This document shows positions 52,693-62,025 of a stretch of DNA of 64,000 bases, piece by piece. Source of the stretch: Dehalococcoidia bacterium. GTDB lineage: Bacteria > Chloroflexota > Dehalococcoidia > GIF9 > AB-539-J10. Position numbers and translations under genes: made by a program. Position 1 is the first letter of the stretch. The number at the start of each line of letters is the position of its first letter. The notes beneath the pieces are model-generated. The model did no database searches and was not told the DNA's origin. It worked only from the letters and a program-made list of their open reading frames with translations. The stretch spans positions 8,393-72,392 of the forward strand of contig JAGGVQ010000006.1 in assembly GCA_021157895.1 (NCBI GenBank), in the 5' to 3' direction.

Positions 52693-53532
52693 TTGTTTAC
52701 CATTGGGGTGAATCCCGTCGCTTTTACTATTGGTTCCCTTTCCGTCAGGTGGTATGGGATCATGGTTGCCCTAGCTGTCGTGGCGCTGCTGGTGGTGACC
52801 ATTCGTGAGGGAAAACGGCTGGGGATTTCCCGAGATGTTGTCTATACCTCATTTATTGCCGGTACTATTGGAGGCGTCGTTGGCGCCAGATTGTTTCATG
52901 TTGTTGATTACTGGGAGTTTTATTCCCATCATGTCAGCGAGATTATCGGCTTTGCTGGTTTGGCCCTCTATGGGGCGGTAATTGGAGCAGTCCTGGCAGT
53001 GGTGCTTTATCTCTGGCGTATAAAATATCCCTGGGGGAAAGCAGTTCTTATAGTCGATGCGGTTGCTGTGGGAGCTCCTCTAGCCCAGGCAATAGGCAGG
53101 GTAGGTTGTACCATCAATGGGTGTTGTTATGGCCTTCCCACCTCCCTGCCCTGGGCGGTTGTTTATACTAATCCGGATAGTTTTTGTGGATCTCTGGGTG
53201 TGCCCATACATCCCACGCAGATTTACTTTCTCTTGTGGAATCTGGTGGTCTTCTCTGTGGTGTGGTTCATGCGCGATCGGTTGAAGCCACATGGTTCTTT
53301 ATTTTTGCTTTACCTATCACTTTATGCTGTTGGTGATTTCAGTTTAAGGTTCTTTCGGGTAAATGATATCTTCCTTTTTGGTCTGCAGGAGGGCCAGGTA
53401 ATCAGTTTGGCAATTCTGGTTGTGGCTGTACCCTGGCTTATTGTCAGGATGCGTAGATTCGGGAGGAGGAATTCAGTTGATGAAGTGGATGGGATGTTAA
53501 CCAAGCTCACGAGACGGGGCAAAATCTCGTAG
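52693..53532 (+). CDS. lgt: Prolipoprotein diacylglyceryl transferase.
   Basis: Lgt signature (GxxxRWYG...) in a 7-TM protein. Confidence 0.9.
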   Translation: MFTIGVNPVAFTIGSLSVRWYGIMVALAVVALLVVTIREGKRLGISRDVVYTSFIAGTIGGVVGARLFHVVDYWEFYSHHVSEIIGFAGLALYGAVIGAVLAVVLYLWRIKYPWGKAVLIVDAVAVGAPLAQAIGRVGCTINGCCYGLPTSLPWAVVYTNPDSFCGSLGVPIHPTQIYFLLWNLVVFSVVWFMRDRLKPHGSLFLLYLSLYAVGDFSLRFFRVNDIFLFGLQEGQVISLAILVVAVPWLIVRMRRFGRRNSVDEVDGMLTKLTRRGKIS

Positions 53533-55257
53533 ATTGAGCTGCAACGTCTCTTCCCCATTCCAGTGACTCTTTTTCAGGGAGTACACCACATCTATGTGGT
53601 CTGGCATCTCTTCTGTTGTGTGGGGTACTCCAAACATGATTGCTTTCCAGGTGGAGTCATTTTGCTTCAGCTTGGCTGTTATATAGCTGTTGTTGTGATT
53701 CAGATTGTTATGCTCCACTACTGTCACATTCCGGGTAAGGAAAATGGGTTGGGGGTTCTTTTGGCCGAAGGGTTCTAGCTTGGGGAGCATGTTAATGGTG
53801 TCGCTGTTGAATGCACTTAGAGGGACTTCGGCATCGATGTTTATCTGTGGATGCAGGTCCAGCCCTGACAGCTGCTGGTGTGCAATCGCGGTGAGCCTTT
53901 CCTTGAGAGTATTGAGGTTTTGGCGGGTTACGGTGAAACCTGCAGCCATGGGATGACCACCAAAGCAGACGAGAAGATCTTTACATTGTTCCAGTGCCTG
54001 CACTATGTTGAACTCGGCTATGCTGCGTGAGCTACCTCGGCATAGCTCCTTCCCTAATGTGAGCATGATGACGGGTTTGTAGAACTTGTTTACTAATTTG
54101 CCAGCGACAAGACCAATGATGCCAACGGGATAATCTTCATCCCCATCGATGAGCAATAATGCTTCACCCTGTTCTAGTATTCTGTCACTGGCCTTGGCAA
54201 GTATTTCTCTGCTTAACTTCTGGCGTTCAATATTTCTCTGCTCTAGTTCCAGTGTCAGCAGATGGGCTTCATCAGGTGAGGTAGATATAAGTAGTTCATA
54301 GCTGGTATTGGCGGTGCCCATCCTTCCTGCGGCATTAAGGCGCGGCCCTAGATCCCAAGAGATGCTCTCGGCATCGAGTTTGCCCATCTGGAGCCCGGAT
54401 GTTTTAATCATATCCTGCAGGCCAACCCTGTTGGTATTATTGAGCACCTCCAGTCCTCTCTGCACCAAATAGCGATTTTCATCAATCAGGGGAACCATGT
54501 CGGCGACTGTGCCCAGCGCGACCATATCCAGTAGCTCGACGAGCTTGCGTTCTCTGCTATCCTTGTGAAATAGAGCTTGTAATAGCTTAAAAGCAACGCC
54601 GACGCCGGCTAAGTCGGGAAAGGGATATCTTGAATCCTGCCTTTTGGCATCGACTACTGCCACTGCTGGAGGTAAATCTGTGGAAGGAATGTGGTGATCG
54701 GTGATAATCATATCCATGCCCATTTTCCGGGCTTGCTTTACCTGTTCATTATCAGTGATTCCACAGTCAACGGTGATGATCAAGTTAAATCCTTGCTGGT
54801 TAAGCTTGCTTATGGCATCTGAATTTAACCCGTGACCTTCATCGAACCGATCAGGTATATATGTACCAACCTGTGCTCCCAGCCAGGATAGTCCTTCGGT
54901 AAGTGTTGCTGTGGCGGTGACTCCATCAACATCGAAGTCTCCATATATAACGATTTTCTCTTTTGACAGGATAGCTTTATATATTCGGGTTACCGCTTTC
55001 TGCATATCGGGAAGCAAAAAGGGATTGCCCTGTGTGACCTGGTCTCCGGAAAGAAATGAGGCAACTTTGTTCAGGGGAATATTACGGTTGTAAAGTAACT
55101 GCGCAATCAAGGGGATAGTACCAGCAGCACCGATATAATCCTCGGGTGCTTTTGGTAAGAGATGCCATTGAGTTTGCTCATCCACAGAATGAGTAACTAT
55201 AACACATGATATATATATGGCAAAGCAGTGTTGTTTGACCTGGTAGGAAGCAGGCAA
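53497..55257 (-). CDS. recJ: Single-stranded-DNA-specific exonuclease RecJ.
   Basis: DHH/DHHA1 motifs (GDFDVDG, DHH). The start is uncertain: the track uses a TTG at 55257, but a GTG at 55185 gives a more typical length and spacing. Confidence 0.9.
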   Translation of the reverse strand: MPASYQVKQHCFAIYISCVIVTHSVDEQTQWHLLPKAPEDYIGAAGTIPLIAQLLYNRNIPLNKVASFLSGDQVTQGNPFLLPDMQKAVTRIYKAILSKEKIVIYGDFDVDGVTATATLTEGLSWLGAQVGTYIPDRFDEGHGLNSDAISKLNQQGFNLIITVDCGITDNEQVKQARKMGMDMIITDHHIPSTDLPPAVAVVDAKRQDSRYPFPDLAGVGVAFKLLQALFHKDSRERKLVELLDMVALGTVADMVPLIDENRYLVQRGLEVLNNTNRVGLQDMIKTSGLQMGKLDAESISWDLGPRLNAAGRMGTANTSYELLISTSPDEAHLLTLELEQRNIERQKLSREILAKASDRILEQGEALLLIDGDEDYPVGIIGLVAGKLVNKFYKPVIMLTLGKELCRGSSRSIAEFNIVQALEQCKDLLVCFGGHPMAAGFTVTRQNLNTLKERLTAIAHQQLSGLDLHPQINIDAEVPLSAFNSDTINMLPKLEPFGQKNPQPIFLTRNVTVVEHNNLNHNNSYITAKLKQNDSTWKAIMFGVPHTTEEMPDHIDVVYSLKKSHWNGEETLQLNLRDFAPSRELG

Positions 55258-55268
55258 ATATAATCTGT

Positions 55269-56555
55269 GTGGTGCGAGTAGCGTTTTATACTCTGGGGTG
55301 TAAGCTTAATCAAGCGGAGACAGAGGATATGTCTACGCGTTTTTGTCAGGCGGGATTTCGCCTGGTTCCTCCCAATGCTATGGCCGATATATATATTGCC
55401 AATACCTGTACTGTCACTCATGTCGCCGATAGAAAGGTGCGTCACTGGTTAAGATTATCGCGACACAGGAATCCCCGAGCAATGATTGTTGCTGTGGGGT
55501 GCTATGTTCAAAGAGCACCTGAGGAGTTGATCTCTATTACAGATCTTGTTATTGATAACAGGCGGAAGGAGAGATTGCTTGAGATTGTTTCTGATTGGTT
55601 GTCTCGCCAACAGTTTTTCCCTCATCATGAACATGACCAGCTAGAGGCTACTGCTGGTCATAACATTGCCAGAGTTCGTAGCCTGATCAAAATCCAGGAG
55701 GGTTGTCAGACTCCCTGCAGCTATTGTGTTGTGCCCAGGGTAAGGGCACGTGAGATCTCTCGCCCTGCGTCCCAGGTCATTGAGGCTATTCAGGAGAAAG
55801 TTGCTGCGGGTTTCCGTGAGGTTGTTCTCACCGGAACCAAGGTTGGTTGTTATCAGGAGGCTGGTGGGGGCCTAAAACAGTTGGTAGAGCGCATACTTTG
55901 TGAGACAGACATTGAGCGGTTGCGTATCTCTTCATTGCAACCTCAGGAAATTTCACCACATCTACTTGATTTATGGCAGGATGACAGGCTGTGTCCTCAT
56001 ATTCACATGGCGTTGCAAAGTGGTAGCGAGACTGTTCTTCACAGGATGGGACGGCGTTACTCCCTGTGTCAATATCAACAAGCGATGGATTCCATCAGGC
56101 AGGCCATATCTGATGTGGCCATTACCACTGATATTATGGTGGCTTTCCCTGGTGAAACCGACGAGGAATTTAAACAAAGTTACCAGTTCTGCCGGCAGGC
56201 AGATTTTGCTAACATCCATGTTTTCCCTTTCTCCTCTCGCCCGGGGACAGTGGCAGCAGGTATGCCTGGCCAGGTTGATGGCAGGATAAAGATATCTCGT
56301 ACCCATCGCATGTTAGAGTTATCTTTGTGCTCCAGGTGCGATTTTGAACACAGGTTTGTGGGTCAATCCATGCCTGTCCTGTGGGAGAAGGAAACGTTTC
56401 CTGGCAGTGGATTGTATTCTGGATTAACTGGTAATTATATTAGGGTGTTCGCCCGCAGTCGTGCTTCTCTAACCAATTGTATTGTTCCAGCCAAGTTAAC
56501 TGGATTTTGGCATCAAGGTGTGTGGGGAGAATTGACTGGTGAGAATTCAGATTAG
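55269..56555 (+). CDS. mtaB: Radical-SAM methylthiotransferase (MtaB-like, tRNA t6A37 methylthiolation).
   Basis: MTTase N-terminal LGCKLNQ motif, a radical-SAM CxxxCxxC cluster and a TRAM-like C-terminus. Confidence 0.8.
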   Translation: MVRVAFYTLGCKLNQAETEDMSTRFCQAGFRLVPPNAMADIYIANTCTVTHVADRKVRHWLRLSRHRNPRAMIVAVGCYVQRAPEELISITDLVIDNRRKERLLEIVSDWLSRQQFFPHHEHDQLEATAGHNIARVRSLIKIQEGCQTPCSYCVVPRVRAREISRPASQVIEAIQEKVAAGFREVVLTGTKVGCYQEAGGGLKQLVERILCETDIERLRISSLQPQEISPHLLDLWQDDRLCPHIHMALQSGSETVLHRMGRRYSLCQYQQAMDSIRQAISDVAITTDIMVAFPGETDEEFKQSYQFCRQADFANIHVFPFSSRPGTVAAGMPGQVDGRIKISRTHRMLELSLCSRCDFEHRFVGQSMPVLWEKETFPGSGLYSGLTGNYIRVFARSRASLTNCIVPAKLTGFWHQGVWGELTGENSD

Positions 56556-56760
56556 GGTTAAAACTAATGCCAAGACTGCCACCGTCGAGCAGGATGGGGA
56601 TAGGCTGGTAGTAAAAGTTAAGGAACCTCCCAAGGAGAACAAGGCTAATGAGGCGATTATTAGGGAGTTGGCGAAGTATTTCCATGTCTCCAAGCAGAAT
56701 GTCAGAATACTGAGAGGGATTAAGAGCAGGAGTAAAGTTGTTGAGATTATCACGGACTAA
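56539..56760 (+). CDS. DUF167/YggU-family protein.
   Basis: A 73-aa protein with the IRVKTNAK...VKVKEPPKENKAN pattern. Confidence 0.7.
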   Translation: MRIQIRVKTNAKTATVEQDGDRLVVKVKEPPKENKANEAIIRELAKYFHVSKQNVRILRGIKSRSKVVEIITD

Positions 56761-56763
56761 CTG

Positions 56764-57444
56764 ATGGACGACATCGAAGGGAGAACAAAGAAAGTAGTGA
56801 TAATAGGGACGGGACATGTGTTTAACTTGAGAGGTAAGGTGAGAACTATAATCCATGATGTGGAACCGCAGGCGGTCTGTGTCGAACTTGATGATGGGAG
56901 ATATGAGGCTTTATTTCATGGTAGGGGCAGGTCGTTTCATCCTCTGGCTCTGTTGCAGGCGCTTATGGCCACTATCTATGGCACAGTTCCGGGAAATGAC
57001 ATGCTTGGTGGGATAGAGGGAGCAAGAGATATTGGGGCCGAACTGTTTTTAATAGATAAGGATATACGAGTTATCAAGAGAGGGCTTCGCCAGGCATTTA
57101 TATCGGAAATTTTGAATCCGGTTGAGATAGCAAGGAAGCTTGTGCGATTTCCACCCATCGCGTTATCTCGCCCACGTGCAATGTTGAATTTTGAGGATTC
57201 AGTAAAGGAGTTTGAGAAGGATCCAGAGAGATACAGGGATTTGTTGGGCAAGTCCTTTCCCCGAATTAGAAAGGTACTTTTGGATGACAGGGAAAGGTAT
57301 ATGGCAATCAGGGTAAAGGGAATACTGGAGAGGTTTGATGATATTGCTATTGTTACTGGGGCTGGACATGTGATTGGTTTACGGGGCCTCTTATCTGACT
57401 ATGATATCAGGGTGTTCTCCCTGACCACGTTACTCGGTGGTTGA
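56764..57444 (+). CDS. TraB/GumN-family protein.
   Basis: VVIIGTGHV...GAGHV signature. Confidence 0.65.
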   Translation: MDDIEGRTKKVVIIGTGHVFNLRGKVRTIIHDVEPQAVCVELDDGRYEALFHGRGRSFHPLALLQALMATIYGTVPGNDMLGGIEGARDIGAELFLIDKDIRVIKRGLRQAFISEILNPVEIARKLVRFPPIALSRPRAMLNFEDSVKEFEKDPERYRDLLGKSFPRIRKVLLDDRERYMAIRVKGILERFDDIAIVTGAGHVIGLRGLLSDYDIRVFSLTTLLGG

Positions 57445-58422
57445 AGAACTATGTTTCCGTGCAGCGAATTTCAATTGCTGACTGTGTTGATATATGCGCT
57501 CTATATTTTCTCGGCCGGGACTGCCCTGAGTTTTCTCGCTGGTAACATTAATGCCTGCTGCTATGGTTGCGAGAGTAAGCGTTCTTTCCATTCTGATACC
57601 GAGGTTGTAATATGCAGCGAAAGCCCCAGCGAATACATCTCCGCAGCCGACGGCGTTAACGACATGTAAGCCGAGATTTGCCAGGGGCAAGGCGGATATC
57701 TCTATTACCATATCGGTAGTGGGATCTAACAGGATAGCCCCCTGGGATCCACGCTTGAGCACGGTTTTGCTGGTGAATCCCAGATGTTTTAATTGTTTCA
57801 AGGCCGCTTTCCACTCTGCGGTACCTAGAAATACACTGGATTCAGCTTCGTTCAAGAATATGACGTCTGCTTTCCCTATCAGTGGTTGCAGAATTGATAT
57901 CCCCTGGTTTAGCAATATTCCAGGATCCCATAGTATGGGAATGCCTTGGCGTTCTCCCCATGCCACCACTTGCGATGCCACATCCAGAGGGGGGTCGGTG
58001 AGTATGATGCCCTGGCATTGTTGTAATAGTTGTCTTGTGGCTGGATTATGGAGATGTTCTATGGTCAACTTAGCATTGGCTCCCAGGTAACTTGCGATGA
58101 TGTTTTGTCCTTTTTGGTCCACCATGATATATGCTTGTCCTGAACTCTCGGCTGGTATCTTTCTGATCCCAGAGGCATTAACTCCTTTAGTCTCCAGGTT
58201 GACTATCTGTCTGTGGGCAATGTCATCCTCTCCAAGAGCTGCGATCAGGGCGACCTGACCTGCTCCCAAGATTTGTGCTGCAGCCACTGCCACGTTGCTG
58301 CCAGTGCCTCCAGCTTCAGAGGAGACGCGTGTTACGCATACCTCTTCTCCAGGGAGTGGAAGATGCTCGGTGAAGCAAGTGGTATCCCAGTTAATTGCTC
58401 CACATACAACTAGATTGACCAT
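57430..58422 (-). CDS. PfkB-family carbohydrate/ribokinase-like kinase.
   Basis: Ribokinase N-terminal VVCGAINWD motif and GG and DTxGAGD-type motifs. The start is taken at MVNLVV rather than the upstream track start. Confidence 0.75.
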   Translation of the reverse strand: MVNLVVCGAINWDTTCFTEHLPLPGEEVCVTRVSSEAGGTGSNVAVAAAQILGAGQVALIAALGEDDIAHRQIVNLETKGVNASGIRKIPAESSGQAYIMVDQKGQNIIASYLGANAKLTIEHLHNPATRQLLQQCQGIILTDPPLDVASQVVAWGERQGIPILWDPGILLNQGISILQPLIGKADVIFLNEAESSVFLGTAEWKAALKQLKHLGFTSKTVLKRGSQGAILLDPTTDMVIEISALPLANLGLHVVNAVGCGDVFAGAFAAYYNLGIRMERTLTLATIAAGINVTSEKTQGSPGRENIERIYQHSQQLKFAARKHSSSTTE

Positions 58423-58423
58423 G

Positions 58424-59440
58424 TTATCTACCGAATACACGTGACAGGAATAATTGTATAAATCGAGCTTCATCTACGTCGATAGCTAGGTGTATGAATG
58501 GCATCCTGTTTCCTAGGCCCAGAGGTAAAATACGAGTCATGCCGCGTTCCTCATCACTCGTGGTGATTACTTCCACAGGTACGGACATAAAACCAAATAG
58601 CGAAGGATCCAGCAGGCTTGCTAGGGTCAGGGGATCATGGAGTTCGCAGCATCCGTGGTGCTGGATTGCATATTCCGTAAGCTGTATAGCCAATGAGATG
58701 GCTGGGGAGTGTCCTGTCTCCAACTGATTCAGGTGTTTGTTGCTCAAGCAGACCTCAGGATTCGCCGAGACGTCAAGGCCGATGGCGGTGACATCTATTC
58801 CAGAGGTAAATACGATAAAGGCAGCTTCAGGATCCTGCCAGATGTTAAATTCAGCAAGGGGGGTTTTATTTCCTCTGCCAAAAGGGGTGATGTGGTAAGC
58901 TCCTCCCATCAGTATCATTCGCGACAGCAACTTGGGTAGTTGGGGGTGGCTCTGGAATGCCTGAGCTATGTTGGTCAGTGGGCCTGTAGCCACTAATACA
59001 ATCTCATGCGGGTGTTGTGAAGCTAGCTGAGAGATAAGCTCGGGGGCTGGTTCTGGATCAAGTGGGAACTTTCTCTCTGGCAGAGCAAGCTTGCCCAATC
59101 CGTCTGGACCATGATAGCTGAGTGCGTGTTCAAGAGGTCGTTCCAGGGGGCTTGCTGCTCCTTTAGCTACCGGGATATTGTGTATGTTACAGGCTTCCAG
59201 CACCTGACAGGCATTAGCGCTGGTAAGTGCCACCGGGGCATTACCCGCCACCGTGCTTATGCCCATAACCTGAACCTCTGGTGACTTTAAGGCCAAGATC
59301 AGCGCCAGGGCATCATCAATGCCAGGGTCCATGTCCATGATTATTCGCTGGACATTACCTTTTTCCATAGGGCTCTGATACTCTATCACAGATTTTGTTG
59401 TAGGGAGAAGCAGAGGGAAAGGCGATAGCGATGGTAACAA
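58424..59440 (-). CDS. iunH: Inosine-uridine-preferring nucleoside hydrolase family protein.
   Basis: DMDPGIDDA aspartate cluster. The true start is probably MEKGN... at 59368. Confidence 0.85.
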   Translation of the reverse strand: MLPSLSPFPLLLPTTKSVIEYQSPMEKGNVQRIIMDMDPGIDDALALILALKSPEVQVMGISTVAGNAPVALTSANACQVLEACNIHNIPVAKGAASPLERPLEHALSYHGPDGLGKLALPERKFPLDPEPAPELISQLASQHPHEIVLVATGPLTNIAQAFQSHPQLPKLLSRMILMGGAYHITPFGRGNKTPLAEFNIWQDPEAAFIVFTSGIDVTAIGLDVSANPEVCLSNKHLNQLETGHSPAISLAIQLTEYAIQHHGCCELHDPLTLASLLDPSLFGFMSVPVEVITTSDEERGMTRILPLGLGNRMPFIHLAIDVDEARFIQLFLSRVFGR

Positions 59441-59514
59441 TTGACGAGGTTATCAGATTACTGGAGCAGGAATATGGGCCACGGCAGTGGAAGGCGTATG
59501 GTGATCCGGTCACT
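59207..59514. repeat. Copy 1 of a direct repeat of about 300 bp (iunH 5' end, intergenic region and nth 5' end).
   Basis: About 98% identical to 60332-60620 apart from a 19-bp indel. Confidence 0.9.
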
Positions 59515-59542
59515 GTAGTTAATAGCAATAATCATCATAAGA

Positions 59543-59580
59543 CAAAGAGCCTCTAGAAATAGAGGCTCTTTGCTCCTTTT
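59543..59580. terminator. Bidirectional terminator-like hairpin with a 12-bp perfect stem (caaagagcctct / agaggctctttg) and a 6-nt loop.
   Basis: A T-rich run follows on the plus strand and a U-rich run follows on the minus strand. It lies 60 nt downstream of the usp stop. Confidence 0.6.
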
Positions 59581-59639
59581 AGAGTTCAACCAGACATTAA
59601 TGACAGGTCTGTACTCTCTTTGGGGTCGACTGTTTAAAC

Positions 59640-60137
59640 TCAGCTTGTTGTTGGTACTAGCAGAACTGGCTTAACATTAGCACGTGCTACCTTTATGGCA
59701 ACACTCCCTATGTACCACTGGCTATGTCCTGAAAACCCATGGGTTGTCATTGCAATCACGTCGGCATTGACTTTATTGGCATACTCGACAATTTGCTGGG
59801 GAGCATCCCCGACTATTACCTCGGAACTTGTAGAGAAACCCATGCCTTTCAATTTATCAACTGCCTTATCAAGATATGCTGTGATTTGAGATTTGGCCTT
59901 TGAAATTTCTCTCTCGTCTCTAAAAACCGAGCCGCCAATGGTTGACTCAACGTCTACAGAAGTTGATTTAGGTGGTTTACCAGGAAAAGTGATAGGGGAA
60001 GGAATGTTGTATACTTCTGGCACTTTGCTAGGTATTACATGAAGCACCTTAATTTCCGCACCAGAAAAATTCGCCTTGAGACATGGGAAAATAGATTCAG
60101 CTAAGACCGATCCATCAAGAGGAACAAGTATTTTCAT
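59640..60137 (-). CDS. Universal stress protein (UspA family).
   Basis: A 165-aa Usp fold (KILVPLDGS...VIAMTTHG...VLLVP). Confidence 0.8.
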   Translation of the reverse strand: MKILVPLDGSVLAESIFPCLKANFSGAEIKVLHVIPSKVPEVYNIPSPITFPGKPPKSTSVDVESTIGGSVFRDEREISKAKSQITAYLDKAVDKLKGMGFSTSSEVIVGDAPQQIVEYANKVNADVIAMTTHGFSGHSQWYIGSVAIKVARANVKPVLLVPTTS

Positions 60138-60331
60138 TTTCTACCTCCTTATTATAAAGACAAGTTGATTATATTGTAACAAATTGTGTTCAAAAGTAAA
60201 GTATATGCATGCTTAACTTTAACACTGTTGTCAGACGGAATTGGAAAAGGGGTGATAAATGATAAGTAGGGATGCTTTGAAAGCGAAGTTGCTTATTGTT
60301 ACCTAGGATGTTGAATGGCTAGTGGAAGTGG

Positions 60332-60620
60332 CAGGCGTTAGCGCTGGTAAGTGCCACCGGGGCATTACCCGCCACCGTGCTTATGCCCATAACCTGAACC
60401 TCTGGTGACTTTAAGGCCAAGATCAATGCCAGGGTCCATGTCCATGATTATTCGCTGGACATTACCTTTTTCCATAGGGCTCTGATACTCTATCACAGAT
60501 TTTGTTGTAGGGAGAAGCAGTGGGCAAGGCGATAGCGATGGTAACAATTGATGAGGTTATCAGATTACTGGAGCAGGAATATGGGCCACGGCAGTGGAAG
60601 GCGTATGGTGATCCGGTCAC
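60332..60620. repeat. Copy 2 of the direct repeat. It lies immediately upstream of, and includes, the start of intact nth.
   Basis: Base-by-base comparison with 59207-59514. Confidence 0.9.
60365..60460 (-). pseudogene. Decayed duplicate of the iunH N-terminus. The 19-bp deletion frameshifts it after ...DPGID.
   Basis: It translates MLPSLSPCPLLLPTTKSVIEYQSPMEKGNVQRIIMDMDPGID and then out of frame. Confidence 0.7.
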
Positions 60621-61194
60621 AGTGTTGATAGGAACGATATTGTCCCAAAATACATCGGATGTCAATTCACATAGAGCATTACATTCACTTATTTCCTCCT
60701 TTGCTTCCTGGGAAGCTGTGCTTGCTGCACCAGTGAAATCTGTCAGTTATGCTATCATGAGTGGTGGGCTGGCACAAATTAAGGCTGCCAGGATTAAGCA
60801 GGTGCTTTCTCAGATTAAGCAGGAACAGGGTCATATTGATTTAGACTCTCTTTATTTTGCGACGATGCCCGAGGCCAAAGAATATTTAATGCACCTGCCT
60901 GGCGTAGGACTGAAAACAGCTAGTTGTGTGTTGTTGTTTTCGCTGGGGAAACCATGTATGCCTGTAGATACCCATGTTTTTCGGGTATCTAAGCGATTGG
61001 GATTGATCGATACGGGGACTTCTGTAGCCAGGGCACATGAATGGTTGCAGCAGCGAGTTCCCCCTGGTAGCGTGTATCAATTTCATCTGCACATGATTGA
61101 GCATGGCAGGAAGGTATGTCATGCTCGGCGACCTCTATGTGGCGAGTGTGTATTGCGAAAAATATGCCGTAGCGCACCTTATTTGCAAGGCTGA
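60520..61194 (+). CDS. nth: Endonuclease III.
   Basis: HhH-GPD motif (LPGVGLKTA) and a C-terminal 4Fe-4S cluster (CxxxxxxCxxCxxxxxC). Confidence 0.9.
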   Translation: MGKAIAMVTIDEVIRLLEQEYGPRQWKAYGDPVTVLIGTILSQNTSDVNSHRALHSLISSFASWEAVLAAPVKSVSYAIMSGGLAQIKAARIKQVLSQIKQEQGHIDLDSLYFATMPEAKEYLMHLPGVGLKTASCVLLFSLGKPCMPVDTHVFRVSKRLGLIDTGTSVARAHEWLQQRVPPGSVYQFHLHMIEHGRKVCHARRPLCGECVLRKICRSAPYLQG

Positions 61195-61248
61195 TGAGAG
61201 AAGTAGGGATGCCATATCTGATGGTATAATTCGTTCATAGCGCAGATA

Positions 61249-62025
61249 TTGAGGAGCAAAAATCTGGCTACCAAGTTTCAGATATTGCTGGAGATAGCCA
61301 GAAAACAGCCTAACATACAACAGAGGGAAGTTGCTCGCCAGATAAACACCACGGCGCAAGCAGTATCTGGGTATGTCCGGGAGATGGTGAACTGTGGCTG
61401 GCTTAGTTCGCAAGGGCGTTCCCAGTATAGGGTGACCAGGGAAGGAGTGGATTGGATATTAAGGATGTCCAGGGAATTACAAGGATACTCTATATTTGTG
61501 AGCAGGGTAGTAAGAGATATATCCACATCTACAGCCATAGCTGCTGGCGATCTATCTGAGGGACAGCAAGTATCTCTGTATATGGAGAATGGATTGTTAT
61601 TTGCTTCTGCCTATAATGGGGGAGGGGGAGCGAAAGGAGTAGCGATATCATCGGCCGAGCAGGGGTGGGATGTCGGAGTTTCTGATGTGGAAGGTCTAAT
61701 TTCTTTGGAGACTGGAGAAATTATTATATGCAAGATTCCCAGCGTGCAAAGAGGATGCTCTAGGAATACTAATCTCGACAGGCTGCGAATCGAAGTTAAT
61801 GAAGTGAAGCATGTTGGAGCTATAGGCATCGAGGCTCTGGCAGCACTGAGACAAATAGGACTGGAATCCGTTTACTTCTATGGGGCAAAGGAGGCTGCTA
61901 TTGAGGCTGCCCATTGTGGTTTGTTTGTTACCCTCGTTTGTGTTGCTGATGCAATTCCCGCTTTAGCACAAAGTTTGGGGGAGGAGGGGATAAATTACAG
62001 GATTATTGACCTGGAGCAAACTTAG
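61249..62025 (+). CDS. Putative winged-HTH transcriptional regulator with an uncharacterised C-terminal domain.
   Basis: The N-terminal 70 aa look like a wHTH (ILLEIARKQP...REVARQINTTAQAVSGYVREMVNCGWL). Confidence 0.45.
   Translation: MRSKNLATKFQILLEIARKQPNIQQREVARQINTTAQAVSGYVREMVNCGWLSSQGRSQYRVTREGVDWILRMSRELQGYSIFVSRVVRDISTSTAIAAGDLSEGQQVSLYMENGLLFASAYNGGGGAKGVAISSAEQGWDVGVSDVEGLISLETGEIIICKIPSVQRGCSRNTNLDRLRIEVNEVKHVGAIGIEALAALRQIGLESVYFYGAKEAAIEAAHCGLFVTLVCVADAIPALAQSLGEEGINYRIIDLEQT

Noticed and set aside
59517-60337. IS element or transposon carrying usp.
   Set aside because: No transposase or integrase and no terminal inverted repeats. The flanking duplication is 300 bp of host sequence rather than a short target-site duplication.
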